Assembly: GCA_951406725.2 (NCBI GenBank)
Contig: OX597821.1
Span: 96,100,001-96,164,000, forward strand
Length of the DNA: 64,000 nt
Source: Octopus vulgaris
Lineage: Eukaryota
Direction: 5' to 3'
The translations under genes were made by a program, and so were the position numbers. The notes under the pieces are model-generated. The model did no database searches and was not told the origin of the DNA. It was given only the letters and a program-made list of their open reading frames with translations. Of this stretch, positions 1-14,804 are shown one piece after another (within the stretch, counting starts at the first letter, position 1; each line of letters begins with the position of its first letter).

Positions 1-1019
1 CATAATTTGCAAAAAATGGTCGGAGCGAAAGATAAGGACATGGAGGATTCTGATCTTATCTTGGCGCCGCATCACACTTTATTGTGAGTAGAGTTACAGA
101 AATACAAGAATGACGATCAAGGACATTGACCAAAAGCTGAGCCTGGTTCAATGTCACCTTTGCATCGCAGTGCAGGCTAATTATCAGTACAAAAGTGACA
201 AGAAGATATATGTAATAGAGAGTTCGGGATAAACTTATACGATCTAATTGGTAATTTCAAAACCATGCTAGATCTGTGCTCTTTGAGGACGCCGAGCAAA
301 AGAATAAGTGCAGAGCATAAGATTAAGTGGTTACCACAATAGCAGTATAAGGACTCTTGCCCACGAAGAGCTGGAGAAGCGAATGACAAAGCACAGTGTG
401 TTTTAAAGTTTTAGAGATGGCAGAATAGGTCAACTCATAACCGATCCTAGAAGCTTACGATAAGCAAGAGGGAATAGAAGAGCAAAACGTGCAAACTACT
501 AGCAAAGAGAAAGAAAAAAATGACACTAGAAAAGGATGATGAACTACAAAAGAAGGTAACCATAAAGATGGAAGACCCCCACTACCCCTCATGGTAAGTT
601 CATGGGGTTAACAGTTGGGATTAACAGTTGTACGGCTTCTCGAGTATAGGCTATTGATAAAATACTCACTTGAATGGTTTTCTCTACAAAATGAGATAAC
701 TGGGTGCAGTTGTTAGGGTGCTGACGATTTAGCACGGCTGACTGGTTCTTCAAACTGCTTTGGCGACTGGAGGCAAACAGGCGCACACATACATACACAT
801 ATATACATATATATACACACATGATGCAGAGATAAGAGAGAGAGTGAGAGAGAAAGAGAGAGATAGAGCGAGCGAGAGTGAGAGGGAGAGAGAAAGATTG
901 CACATACATACTAACATATAACGCGATATTCACACGCATAAACAGAGAGTGAAAAAGAGTGAGAGAGAGAGAAAGAGAGATAGAGTAAGTGAGAGAGTGA
1001 GATATTAGAGAGAGAACGA

Positions 1020-1050
<31 letters not shown>

Positions 1051-1367
1051 AGCACGAGAGGAATATGAAAACAAGAGAAATATCGGCTTCTACTTTTAGC
1101 ACGAGGCCAGCAATTTCGGCGTTGGGTGTAAGTCGATTACATTGACCTAAGTAATCAACTGACACTTATTTGATCGAACCCAAATGGATAAAAAGTCGGC
1201 CTCGGTGGAAACTGAACTCAGAACGGATGAAATGCCGCTAAGTGTTTTGTCTGGTGTGATTCTGCTAACTCGCCGCCTTAAAAGGAGAGAAATATTAAAG
1301 TAACTGGCTAAAACAATGTGACGCGCATTGTGACCAGCGATGTGTTGCAACGGTCACGGTGATCACG

Positions 1368-1435
<68 letters not shown>

Positions 1436-2036
1436 AGGAGACAGAGAAAGAGAGAGAAATAAAGAGACGGAGAGAACGAGAGAAACACGAAAACGAGAGA
1501 CATGAAAACGTCTGATGTCAAACAAGCTAGCTTCAAATCAGCGATGCCAAAAATAGGCAACGCCAAAACGGCTGTGCCCAAACGTCTCATGCTCGTTTTA
1601 CTATATGACAGATGCTCTGTACGAGCACTTTGGAATTTTCGTGACTCAAAAGACCTCTGTATGTATCAGAACTCAATATTAAAAGAGGTAGAGGGAAGAT
1701 ATGTGGGTTGTTCTGATCCAACATAAGTGACCTAAAGTTTATAGTTATATCTTAATTATTTTGCATTTTCAGCAATATCCTATTTTCATGTAATTATTCT
1801 TCGTTACAAATTATTAAAATGTCCAACAGACACACACACGCGCGCGCGGGCGCAGATATACCTCTGTGTGTGCGTGCGTATGTGTGTTAGTGTGTGTGTT
1901 AGTGTGTGTGTGTGTGTGTGTTATGTTGCTTTTTTACTCCATTTTTATGTAATTTGCTTGTCTACCAAACATTTTTTGTAACTACCTATATACGTTTGTT
2001 ATAAGTAAGTATGTTTTGTTGTTTCCAGCAAATCAA

Positions 2037-2039
<3 letters not shown>

Positions 2040-2099
<60 letters not shown>

Positions 2100-2335
2100 G
2101 TTTTTGTTACTGTTGTAACTATGAGAAAATCGCGAAGTCTTTTCAGCCTGCTTGCTTCAGGCACTGTGCGTAATTAGGAAATTTCTTCTTCTTCTTCTTC
2201 TTCTTCTTCTTCTTCTTCTTCTTCTTCTTCTTCTTCTTCTTCTTCTTCTTCTTCTTCTTCTTCTTCTTCTCCTCCTCCTCCTCCTCCTCTCCTCCTCCTC
2301 CTCCTCCGACTTTTCCTCTTCTTCTTCTTCTTCTT
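2040..2335. repeat. (TTA)n and (CTT)n/(CCT)n microsatellites
   Basis: Direct inspection. Confidence 0.95.
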
Positions 2336-2682
2336 CTCCCTTTTCTTTCTCTTTTCTCCTATCATTATAGTTATTATGTCGATATAATAATAACAAATGC
2401 TACTTCAACTACATACGTACTTATATGTATCTATATATATGTATATATATGCATATACAAATATGCTTACATACACGCATACATACGTATATACTTACAT
2501 AAACGTACACATTCAGTGTATGAGCTGAGTACCGAACGGTGAGGTTTAATTAAGACTTTATTGGCAACAGAGATGTTTTAACAATTGCTACTGCAAAGAG
2601 CAGTGAGTCAGTGAGATATTTATTGTGGTACTATTGATTATGCTACATACACAGGTACTTACATACATGCAAACATAGATAC

Positions 2683-2741
<59 letters not shown>

Positions 2742-2778
2742 TACATATATATACATACGTATATGTACATATATACAT

Positions 2779-2809
<31 letters not shown>

Positions 2810-2852
2810 CCATATATATATAGATACATAAACACACACAGACATATATATA

Positions 2853-2884
<32 letters not shown>

Positions 2885-3664
2885 CGCACTCAGACACATA
2901 GATATATACATATCTACACATTCATACAAACACACACACACTCACACACATACATACATATGAATGTATACACGAAAATATACTTCTCTGCATAAATGTA
3001 TCTTCGTTATATATATATATATTGATGTGTATGTGTGCGTGCATATATACGTGTGCATAAGTTTTATCTGTCTGTCTGTGTGTATTTAAGTATGTACACA
3101 CACACTCACACACACAAAAAAACACAAACACACACATACACACACACACAGAGACACAAGATTGAATTTAATTCAAGTTGCTTGTTTGTTTTACCCTCTT
3201 TCACCCCCTTGTAATTCTTTCTTCTCTGTTTATCCACTTTGGGTGCCATCTTAAATCTCATTTGTTACCTTATTAACGAACATAATCTATAGTGTTAGAA
3301 GCAATTTGTAATTTGCTTAGTTTCTAAAAGTAGATTTTGTAAACACTTTTGTAAGCACATAAGCTGGTCAATACAAAGTATTAAATTTTGAATCTACAGG
3401 AAATATTACCCTCTGTTTAATTTCATTTCAAATTACTGTTTGAAAATGCCACCATATTTGTAGTGTTACAAAGTATTCTCACTGAGGTATGGACATATGG
3501 GTGCCCTGTTTTGTATATATAAGCACATTTACATATAGGACTATATATGTAAGTATATGCACACAAACACTACACACATACACACACACGCACACATACA
3601 CACTCAGTCACTCACACAATCACTCACGCACAAACACAACACACACACACACATGTAGATAAAT

Positions 3665-4160
3665 GTATGCATATGCATTTATATTTGGTTTTATTTCTCA
3701 AATTTCTCCCGGAAAGATAAATAAGCGGTTTCTAACACTTAAACAAGACTTCACTGGAATTCAGATAACACGAATTTGCTAGTAATGTGTGTATGCATGT
3801 ACGTTTGTTCTCTTTCTCTTTTGAAATTCAGAATAAATTTTGACCGGCTGCCTGCTTGGTAGCAAGGTTGTCAAGGAAAGGATTTTGTTTTAAAATCATC
3901 CTTTAAATCTCAAGAAGGTCTTGCAGACATTTATCGTCCCAGATATCGTGATCATTTGCAGTATAGTAATGAAGGATTTGCTTCCTCTTCCCAAGAGTCC
4001 AAGTTCGGCCATATTTAGCTCCGGACTGGCTGGTACGTATCCTTTTGCTCCAATAATAATTAAAGGTATGAAGCTGAAAGTGTATCTTGGGTACTGGATT
4101 TACATGGTCCATATCAACGGTCCATAAATGTCCTCGTTCTCTTACATTATTCTGACCACA
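3665..4160 (-). mobile_element. Diverged RLE LINE 3' fragment; a second partial copy at about 4200-4710 is interrupted by a SINE
   Basis: Minus frame QYPRYTFSFIPLIIGAKGYV...LQMITISGTINVCKTFLRF*, with a 3' UTR resembling the ACAT family. gaataaattttgaccggc occurs at 3831 and 4204. Confidence 0.7.
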
Positions 4161-4259
4161 TTGTATGTAAATATGTATGTAAGCATGCATGTATTTAATT
4201 TTAGAATAAATTTTGACCGGCCGTCTACTTGGTAGGGAGGTTATGAAAGAAAGTATATA

Positions 4260-4673
4260 GGCGCAGGAGTGGCTGTGTGGTAAGTAGCTTGCTAACCAAC
4301 CACATGGTTCCGGGTTCAGTCCCACTGCGTGGCATCTTGGGCAAGTGTCTTCTGCTATAGCCCCGGGCCGACCAATGCCTTGTGAGTGGATTTGGTAGAC
4401 GGAAACTGAAAGAAGCCCGTCGTATATATTTATATATATATATATGTGTATGTGTGTGAGTGTTTGTGTATGTGTGTTTGTCCCCCTAGCATTGCTTGAC
4501 AACCGATGCTGGTGTGTTTACGTCCCTGTCACTTAGCGGTTCGGCAAAAAGAGACCGATAGAATAAGTACTGGGCTTACAAAGAATAAATCCCGGGGTCG
4601 ATTTGCTCGACTAAAGGTGGTGCTCCAGCATGGCCGCAGTCAAATGACTGAAACAAGTAAAAGAGTAAAAGAG
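4260..4673 (+). mobile_element. tRNA-derived SINE, family A (internal TA/TG tract, (AAAGAGT)n tail)
   Basis: A-box-like gtggctgtgtggt and B-box-like ggttcagtccc; at least six near-full copies in the window. Confidence 0.9.
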
Positions 4674-5265
4674 TTTTAACCAACATCCATTAAATCTTAA
4701 GGTCTTTACTCACATATATGTGCGAACATGAACGAATCAGCATATTTTGACTGTATATGTATATGTACAAATGCATAACATTTTATCTCCTCACTTTAAC
4801 TTCAACATGAATAACTTTTGACATTTATTTTACCCCTCCCTATATCAATAAATGGAAAAAGTCTTTGTCTCCATTTAACCGAATATCCCTCCCTCCTCAC
4901 TAGCAGATCCAAATAACTAAAAGAAAAATCTACAGTGAGAAGATAAATTCTAACACTATGATATTCTAAACAATCAAATCAGCCTCTCTGCCTGTTGATC
5001 TACCCTCTTTATAATGTTAGCAATTGACATGGAAATAAGTATATTTATTGATGGAAAACCTCTATGAATGGCTGAATATTGCTCAACATTTTAAAACTGA
5101 TGTAATACTTACAATGTTTAATAAAATGGTGTAGCATAAAACGATCGTACCAAATTACCGAAGATATTCTTGTTGCTTACTTTGATTATAATCACCCCAT
5201 GGATTTATATGGATAATACCGTACTAAATTCTGGTGCATCTGACTTAAGTACCATGTTCATTTGA

Positions 5266-5538
<273 letters not shown>

Positions 5539-5922
5539 GAGAGAGATGAGAAGAAAAAGACGGAAAGAGGAGAAGAGAGACTTAGAGGGCGGACAATCAA
5601 AGAGTAATATTTACAATCCCTTAAGCATAAATGAAATCGATTCCGGTTTCGATTTCGCTGTGCGGCATTCCAAACAAATGTTTTCTACCATACCTATTAC
5701 ATGTAGCAGAAAAATTTCTCTTAGATTACTTCTTTGAGTTTTAAATACAGACGGATACATTTAAAAAAAATGTAGTTACTGATATACACTAATACTACAT
5801 GGTCAATGCACCACAGCCTTTAATCTTATGCCTATTTTGTCAGTGTTAGTCTGAAATCAAATAATAGCAGCAGCAGCAATAGCAACAACAACAACAACAA
5901 CAATAACAAGGTTTGTGCTTAC

Positions 5923-6188
5923 CATCGCAGGTCTGGACGTACGTGGGTGATCTAGGATCAACCATACTTGCATCTGTAATTTTTTCCATCCTTTCAAATT
6001 ATCGTAGTTTACATTGAACCGTTCACTTTGTAAACTCTGGTTGAAGTCGTTCAATATACGTTGATTATCGATATAGCTTCTATAGTGTCGCCAACAACAG
6101 GCCTTAATTTCGAACTCATCGATTTCCCAGAAGTCTAACTCCCGTTTAACCACTGCTCCACATACATCCAAGGGTACGTGGAGCTCAC
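5923..6188 (-). CDS. Shaw: Internal coding exon of a Kv3/Shaw-like voltage-gated K+ channel (end of T1 domain and pre-S1 linker)
   Basis: Translates as (G)ELHVPLDVCGAVVKRELDFWEIDEFEIKACCWRHYRSY...WLILDHPRTSRPAM, matching the Kv3 T1 motif GKLHCPADVCG..EEL.FWGIDE...CCW. Acceptor tctttttcttctacag ends at 6189 and donor ATG|GTAAGC starts at 5922. Length 266 nt, phase 1 in, phase 0 out. Confidence 0.92.
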
Positions 6189-6384
6189 CTGTAGAAGAAA
6201 AAGATAAAGAATATCGTTATTGTACAGAAATTATATTCATATTATGCATTCGCTCCATTACCATTTCAACAATCTTCATGCAACGGGCATAACACTGCGT
6301 GGAATTAGAAACATGCTGCTTTTGATTAATGGCTAGCAGGAAGCACATATATAAATCTATAAATATTTATGTAAATGATACGTG

Positions 6385-6610
6385 TATATATATGTAACTG
6401 GAAGGTTTACGAAAATAAACAAAAGACGAAGGCAGGTGGAGTACAAACAAACAAATGTATTAGTATGGCGCTCAGGAATAGAAATAGAACAAGTCTTTTA
6501 CGTTTCGAGCCTACGCTCTTCGACAGAAAGATACACAGAAAATAAACAAGGAGAGAAACAAGGAGAGAAACAAGGAGAGAAAAAAATACGTGTAGGAGCT
6601 AACGGTCTAT
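6385..6610 (-). mobile_element. Short TA-associated repeat (family F, pLTR-like) with a hammerhead-like motif at 6494-6531
   Basis: Homologous to 15790-15985 (+) and 35015-35140 (-). Minus-strand motif UCUUU-CUGUCGA-A-GAGC-guag-GCUC-GAAAC-GUA-AAAGA. Confidence 0.7.
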
Positions 6611-7978
6611 GTATGTATGTATATGCATGGCTGGATGCATGAAAATATACCTTTTAACTATTGTGTGCTTGTATGTATTGAAGCTATAGTATTTACAAAA
6701 TTTATTCTGGGAATAAATGGACAGTTAAAGACAAATGGTAGCTTTCAAACCGGCCATTTGCAGGACATATCCTACTTAAGAACATCAATTATCCACAAAA
6801 TTCAATTTTAAGTGAAGATGTAATGCTAAAACTTCGAATCAAACATAATAGCAATATGCGCCAATGGGAATGAGGACAGTGCAATCCCACACGAAAGTAA
6901 CTAATCTAATTTGTTGAAGGCGTTGGCAAAATGGCTTTGCCAAGAAGCCATTGGAATGCTTTAGTTCTGCTCTCGTAATTTCGTTGTGTGTTTGATCAGA
7001 TTTTTATTCTACGTTGTCTCGGTCTAACTAATTGTCAGCAACAATAGGTAACTGGGACACCTGGAAACTATTTAATCACCTTTGACTAACTTCCCCCGCA
7101 GAAGTTGTAGGTGTACATTTTATGCACGTATATGATAATATAGCGTTATTATGCCGCGAGATGTACAGTGTGTACTTGTTAAATGTCTGACGTCTAATTG
7201 TTGTAAAACAAATGAGACGTCGATAAACAAAAGGTTTCATCAGCGTCACAAAAGCAATTCCACCATTTTCAGTGCAAGTGAAAATGAAGTCAAATGATTC
7301 TCTCCCTAATCTCCTGTATTTTCTTGAATCAGTCAAATATCTCAAATTCAGTAAAAAATTAATTCTACAATCAATTAAAAAAAAGTTTATGAAGAACACA
7401 AAAGATAGGATAGCCACAGCTAAAAGACATTTTGCATCAACAACCAGAATAAAAGAAACCCATAACACATTCACAAAACGTTTCTGGAAATCTTTATATT
7501 GAAGATAAGACTAGGTCTATCTCGAAAGCAGCTTGACATTGGGCAAATCAACCTAGAACATTAGACCTAAAATTTTGATTAAGGGTGCTGGAGATGAAAA
7601 TTTTAAACCCAGGAAAGCCGAGCCTGCAAAGGTTGTATGTACGAAGTTTGGACCCAGGAAAAGGCTAACTAAAGAATGTTTGACCTGGGAAATTTAGGCC
7701 TCGGTATGTCGGAAATAAACCGAAGCTGGTTGGAGTTAGGAGAGTTTGACATATAAACTCCACGCTCAACCGCACCTACATAATTACATACGTGCATTAG
7801 AACCATGACGAAGAAAAGAAAATAAGGATTTCTAATATGGCATATTATATCGATCCCAGTACATTTCAAGTACTTATGTCATCGAAAACAGTAATATGTA
7901 AGGGAAAGTCGACCCAAGCAGGATAACAGTGATATGATAAAAGACAACTGTCTTCTTTCGGTTTATAATTGTCTCACT

Positions 7979-8363
7979 GTGGAGGCGCAATGGCCCAGTG
8001 ATTAGGGCAGCGGACTCGCGGTCGTAGGCTCGCGGTTTCGATTCCCAGACTGGGCGTTGTGAGTGTTTATTGAGCGAAAACACCTAAAAGCTCCACGAGG
8101 CTCCGGCAGGGGATGGTGGTGATCCCTGCTGTACTCTTTCACCACAACTTTCTCTCACTCTTACTTCCTGTTTCCGTTGTACCTGTATTTCAAAGGGCCG
8201 GCCTTGTCACTCTCTGTGTCACGCTGAATATCCCCGAGAACTACGTTAAGGGTACACGTGTCTGTGGAGTGCTCAGCCACTCACACGTTAATTTCACGAG
8301 CAGGCTGTTCCGTTGATTCGGATCAACCGGAACCCTCATCATCGTAACCGACGGAGTGCTTCC
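7979..8363 (+). mobile_element. tRNA-derived SINE, family C, with a 12-bp TSD
   Basis: tggcccagtgattaggg (A-box-like) and ggtttcgattccc (B-box-like). TSD aattgtctcact at 7967-7978 and 8364-8375. Confidence 0.9.
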
Positions 8364-8612
8364 AATTGTCTCACTACACTTTTTCTCATTATACGCATAC
8401 TCCAACTCATACATTTACACAGACACAGAAACACACAAAGATAGCTAAATACATATAAACAGATAAACCTCACATTCAAACTCAGCCATTTAAGTACGAC
8501 TGTGTTCGTATATGGGTTTATATGCATGCGTGTATGTATGTATGTACGTATGTATGTATGTATGTATGTATGTATGTATGTATGTATGTATGTATGTATG
8601 TATGTATGTATG

Positions 8613-8645
<33 letters not shown>

Positions 8646-9320
8646 GTATGTATGTATGTATGTATGTATGTATGTATGTATGTATGTATGTATGTATGTA
8701 TGTATTTATGTCCTTTTCCTCCTGGCGGCCACACCATCAAGATGGCAGAATGTTCCTCCTATAGTTACGAAAGCACATGGCAAATAAAATGTACCTGCTG
8801 CTTATTCATCATATCCTGCACACTTCCCATGCTACTTTTTCTCATCATCGAATAACGGACATAAAAATGACGATCAGGATGATATACAATATTGGTTAAA
8901 AGAGACAGTTAGCTGAACTGATGTCTTTCTCAACGTGACTCTACTGCCACTTAAAGCAACAATTTGAGTATATTTTTACACGCAATAAATTCATAAATTT
9001 ATCAAATATTGATGTAACGCGGAGAGAATGAAATATCAAATAGCAGACACAATAATAGAATATTAAAACATTCATATTCCAGAATGGGTAATATAAATTC
9101 AGCGACTTTAATTTCTTGCTGATCTTATGTAAATGATTGTACTTTTCACATGAAAGAAATTATAGAAATAGAATGCTAAATTTAATATTTGCATTCAAAT
9201 TTCTTTTGACCAGGATTATGCATACGCACATACACGAATATATACACGCACACACGTATATAGCTACATGAATATGCATACATCTATATTTAAGAGCAAT
9301 GAAAATAAACAGACACCCAC

Positions 9321-9359
<39 letters not shown>

Positions 9360-9433
9360 ACTGCATTTACATGCGTATGTGTATGTGTGTATGAGTACTT
9401 TTTAATAACAAGAGCGCAAACCCACACATTATA

Positions 9434-9476
<43 letters not shown>

Positions 9477-9479
9477 CAT

Positions 9480-9579
<100 letters not shown>

Positions 9580-10227
9580 GTATAGGTATGTTGACTTGAT
9601 TTTTACTTTGAAAGAACAAACGTAGACACCCACATATAATAACTATAGCGAAATTTAAATTGTAAAAAGAAAAAAAAAATCAATTCATCAAAAAAATAAC
9701 AAAATAATCCGAAAAGGACAACAAGTTAAGTACGTCGACATCATAAACGAAAAAGAAATGAAATAAATAAACAACATTATTACTGACGTTATTGAGAAAT
9801 TTCAAGAGATGAACATAAAAAGTAAAAAAAAAAAAAAATGAATAAAAAAGTATATGATGAAAAAACAACTAAAACAAAGTATAAAGAACATCAACAAAGT
9901 ACAAGAATGAACATAATTCAATAGATGTCATGGAGTGCATAACGTTCAGCGTATAACAAAAGCCTTTCCAAATGCTAGAGCAGACGTGATGCAACGATGA
10001 CTCACAAACAACACATGGCGAAAGTCTATATATTTTAGTAAGGTAGGAATTTAAAAGAACTAAAAAGCATACATATGTACTTGGATAGATACATGCATGC
10101 ATGCGTGCATCCATCCATCCATCCATCCATCCATCCATCCATCCATCCATCCATACATACATACATGCATGCATACATACATACATACATACATACATGC
10201 ATGCTTACATACATACATACATACATA

Positions 10228-10280
<53 letters not shown>

Positions 10281-10404
10281 ATATTGGCCTGCTCGCTTAG
10301 CCAGCGGGGTGGCGTCATTCGAAGGCTAAAACAATGCAAACGCATTGTGACCAGCGATGTGTAACAACATCTGATGGTCTGGTCGGTCACGTGGTCACGT
10401 GATA

Positions 10405-10440
<36 letters not shown>

Positions 10441-10522
10441 TAGAAATATATATACACTTATATACACACATATATACACATATTTGTGTATCTATATATG
10501 TATGTATGTATGTATGTATGTA

Positions 10523-10818
10523 CGGTGAAGGCGCGTGGCTTAGTGGTTAGGGCATTCCGTTCACGATCGTAAGGTCGTGAGCTCAATTTCTGGCGACACG
10601 TTGTGTCCTTGAGCTAGACGCTTTATCTCACTTTCCCCCAGTCCACTCAGCTGGCAAAAATGAGTAGTACCTGTGTCACGCCGATCTCCCTGTGAACTAT
10701 GTTAAGGGTACACGTGTCTGAGGACTGTTCAGTCCCTTGTATGTTAATTTGACGAACAAGCTTTTCAGTTGATCGTATCAACTGAGAACTCCGTCGTCGC
10801 AACCGCCGGAGTACTCCA
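10523..10818 (+). mobile_element. tRNA-derived SINE, family D (shares its 3' part with family C)
   Basis: gtgaaggcgcgtggcttagtggttaggg head and gttaagggtacacgtgtctg...cgtcgtcg tail. Relatives at 18929-19250 (-), 18597-18900 (+) and 33180-33515 (-). Confidence 0.75.
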
Positions 10819-10849
10819 TATATGTATGTATGGATATATATGTATGTAT

Positions 10850-10895
<46 letters not shown>

Positions 10896-10896
10896 A

Positions 10897-11109
10897 TAAT
10901 AAATAAAATATATGCATACATACAAACATACATGTACGTACCGACATCTACATGTATATATACATGCATATATAAATATATATACGTACAGGACATCACA
11001 GGAAGACGATGTGTGTGTACGTATATATATTTATATATGCATGTATATATACATGTAGATGTCGGTACGTACATATATGTTTGTATGTATGCATATATTT
11101 TATTTATTA
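10897..11109. repeat. Near-perfect 94-bp inverted repeat with a 25-nt spacer
   Basis: 10897-10990 versus 11016-11109, one mismatch seen; includes a non-microsatellite core gtacgtaccgacatctacatg. Confidence 0.9.
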
Positions 11110-11205
11110 CACTATTGTCTGACAGCGCTTCGCGTCGGGTTCGTTTGAATTTTCGATTTTTCGAATTCTCACTTCGTTCCGTCTCTTCCTCCTTGTCCGT
11201 TTTTA

Positions 11206-11255
<50 letters not shown>

Positions 11256-11340
11256 GTATATAAATATATATATATGTATATATATACATACATATACATC
11301 TTTCTATCTACACACAAGCACACGCACACACATATATATT

Positions 11341-11392
<52 letters not shown>

Positions 11393-11439
11393 TGTGTTTG
11401 TGTGTGTGTGTTGATTTATCAAAATCGATAAATTAGGGA

Positions 11440-12320
11440 CTCAATACCGATATAGAGTAATTCTTTAATGCATTATAACTGAACGGCTCCGATTTCCAGT
11501 ACACAGTGGAACATATATGTGAAAGAAACTGTTTTAGTATACCAAGTTTACTAAATAATTTAGTGCAGAAAGTGTTAGGTATTGCTACACAGATATAATG
11601 ATGCCCTCTTTAGAATCCAGCTTTAGGATAACATTTGGGAAAAATATTAGTAAAAGGAAATATAAACGCACTCTCTTAACTTGGTTTAACCCACCTCTAT
11701 CTTTCGCTTAGTGGTGGCAAATTCTGTAGCTAAGTTTTGTTTACCTCACCAAGAGAAAAGAATTTCTCACTCCTACACAAATATTAAAAATCCTTAAAGA
11801 AAAATGCAAAAGGATTATCGTATTGAACAACCCTAAATTTAGGTAGAAACACAGCAAGTTGCAATAAAGCTAAAAATGAATGCTAACATGATGAATATGA
11901 GTAGAACAGCAAATACAAGCTGCAATCGAAAGTTTGACCTATGGTGGGCAACTGTTTGGTAAATGATGTTGTGTACAAATATTCTGTTAAAGCGCCATAG
12001 TTTACAAAGACACACATAGGATTAACAGCTAATACATCCAAAAGAGTATGCGACATACAAGTGGATTTATTTAGAAACGAAATTACGAGAAGCATGACTC
12101 CGTTGTTGGTTTACATGTGGAAGTCATAACAACGTCCAATATTCTCTAAGAGCTGAACTGGAACAACTGAGGAAAATATACGTCAAGCCATCATCCTTGA
12201 TATTTGTATTCAACGGCGACAGTGAATATAATATTCTCCGAGGATGTATTTTTTAATAAAAATTCAGACAGGATAGCTTCCTAGAAACACTGAATTGTAA
12301 ACATTTCTGAGAATGAGACC
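11440..12320 (+). mobile_element. Highly decayed PLE of a second family (C-terminal RT and GIY-YIG region)
   Basis: Remnant motifs in broken frames: TWFNPP (about 11680), MVGNCLVNDVVYK, HIGLTANTSK, FRNE...YMW. Confidence 0.55.
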
Positions 12321-12596
12321 GTTTGAATAACCAGGTAAATAAATGTGCATATAAGTACATACTCATTCACACCTTACCACAACACACACACACACGCACA
12401 TGAATAGCTTCAGTACCAACTGCATAAGGTGAGAGTTAATGAAGTATAACTAAAACATGAATTTGAGAAACCGGTGTTAGTGATGCAAATATATGTCTAC
12501 TTTAATGCGTTTATATAAAAAATACAGGTAATGATGTATATTTATTGTGTAGACTAAGGTATATATGTACTTAATACTACCTAGCTACCAAGCTGT

Positions 12597-12957
<361 letters not shown>

Positions 12958-13159
12958 TGTATTTGAATTCAATGCTGACAGTAGTTGGGAATGTGATAGC
13001 AGAGATGTATCCAAGAGTCATGAGCCCTATGTGGCCCGGCTCCTTAGAGGGTAACGTGTTGAAGGCTGAAATACTTTCACGTGTTGTGTTCTCTCAAGAT
13101 ATTCTGTTGTTCGGCTACTCCTACAGTTTCTTACTATTAACACACACACACAAACGCAT

Positions 13160-13203
<44 letters not shown>

Positions 13204-13557
13204 CCCCCACACACACATTTATATATATATATGTGTGTGTGTGTAAAGAATGAGGGAGAGAGAATGAAATAATTTTATTTTCTCTCTATAACCTCATTGT
13301 GCACTGCCCTCTCAGAGTTTCTTTGCGCGCCTCCTCATTTTCTCTCTACTCAGTCTCAGTAATTGATATATTTTAACGCTATCAAATATTTAATTCATTA
13401 TCTTCTCACTAGTCTGGGTAATCAATCAATCGATCGATAGAAGAGACTGTACTCGTTCAGGCGATGGATTACGTATATTTACATACATCTATGTGCTTGT
13501 GTGTATCTGTGTATCTTTACATATGCATAACACACACACACATACACACACACAGTT

Positions 13558-13887
<330 letters not shown>

Positions 13888-14337
13888 CATACACGTGCAG
13901 ATGCACCCACACACACGCACACGAGAACATATGCGCACATATATACATATACTCAAAGACATAAATATTTGTAATCGTTTTATATTCATATAAATGAAGC
14001 AAAATTGATTTCCATCGCTTTCGACGATGAACTTTCCAGTTGCTCGATTAACCGAATGCCCACTTGTGAAAGTGACGTGTACATGGCTTTGAGTTCCACA
14101 TTCACGTGTATTCATCACGTAATTTTCAGACAGAAGCAGCCCAATTCAATACTTAACAAAATGTGGATTTTTCAAATGCATTCACCATCCATTCGATGCG
14201 GTTTTAGATTTTTTAAATCTCTGCTGTTTAATTCACGATGCAGTGAGACAAAACCCGAAACCACGAGTGCAAAATAAACATTCTAACCACTGGGTCATGC
14301 CCATGTGAACGCCTCGTTACATACGTTTACAGACAGA

Positions 14338-14352
14338 CATATACATGCATGC

Positions 14353-14383
<31 letters not shown>

Positions 14384-14804
14384 CATACATACATACATAC
14401 ATACATACATACATACATACAGATATTCAGAGAGACAAAGACACATACATACATACGTACGTACGTATGTATGTATGTATGTATGTATGTATGTATGTAT
14501 GTATGTATGTATGTATGTATGTATGTATGTGTGTGTATGTATGTATGTATGTATGTATGTGTGTATGTATGTATGTATGTATGTGTGTATGTATGTATGT
14601 ATGTATGTATGTATGTATGTATGTATGTATGTATGTATGTATGTATGTATGTATGTATGTATGTATGTGTGTATGTATGTATGTATGTATGTATGTATGT
14701 ATGTATGTATGTATGTATGTATGTATGTGTGTATGTATGTATGTATGTATGTATGTGTGTATGTATGTATGTATGTATGTATGTATGTATGTATGTATGT
14801 ATGT
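14338..14804. repeat. (ACAT)n followed by inverted (ATGT)n
   Basis: Orientation switches at catacgtacgtacgtatg (about 14452-14469). Confidence 0.95.

Noticed and set aside
1-560. Possible CR1-like 3' remnant
   Set aside because: Purine-rich and coding-like, but no motif could be read with confidence.
4260-4335. tRNA gene at SINE heads
   Set aside because: A/B-box-like heads continue into SINE bodies present in many copies, and no complete cloverleaf was seen.
5857-5922. Hydrophobic C-terminus of the track ORF (VIVVVVVVAIAAAA) resembling S1
   Set aside because: It lies past the GTAAGC donor and is a (GTT)n/(GCT)n microsatellite.
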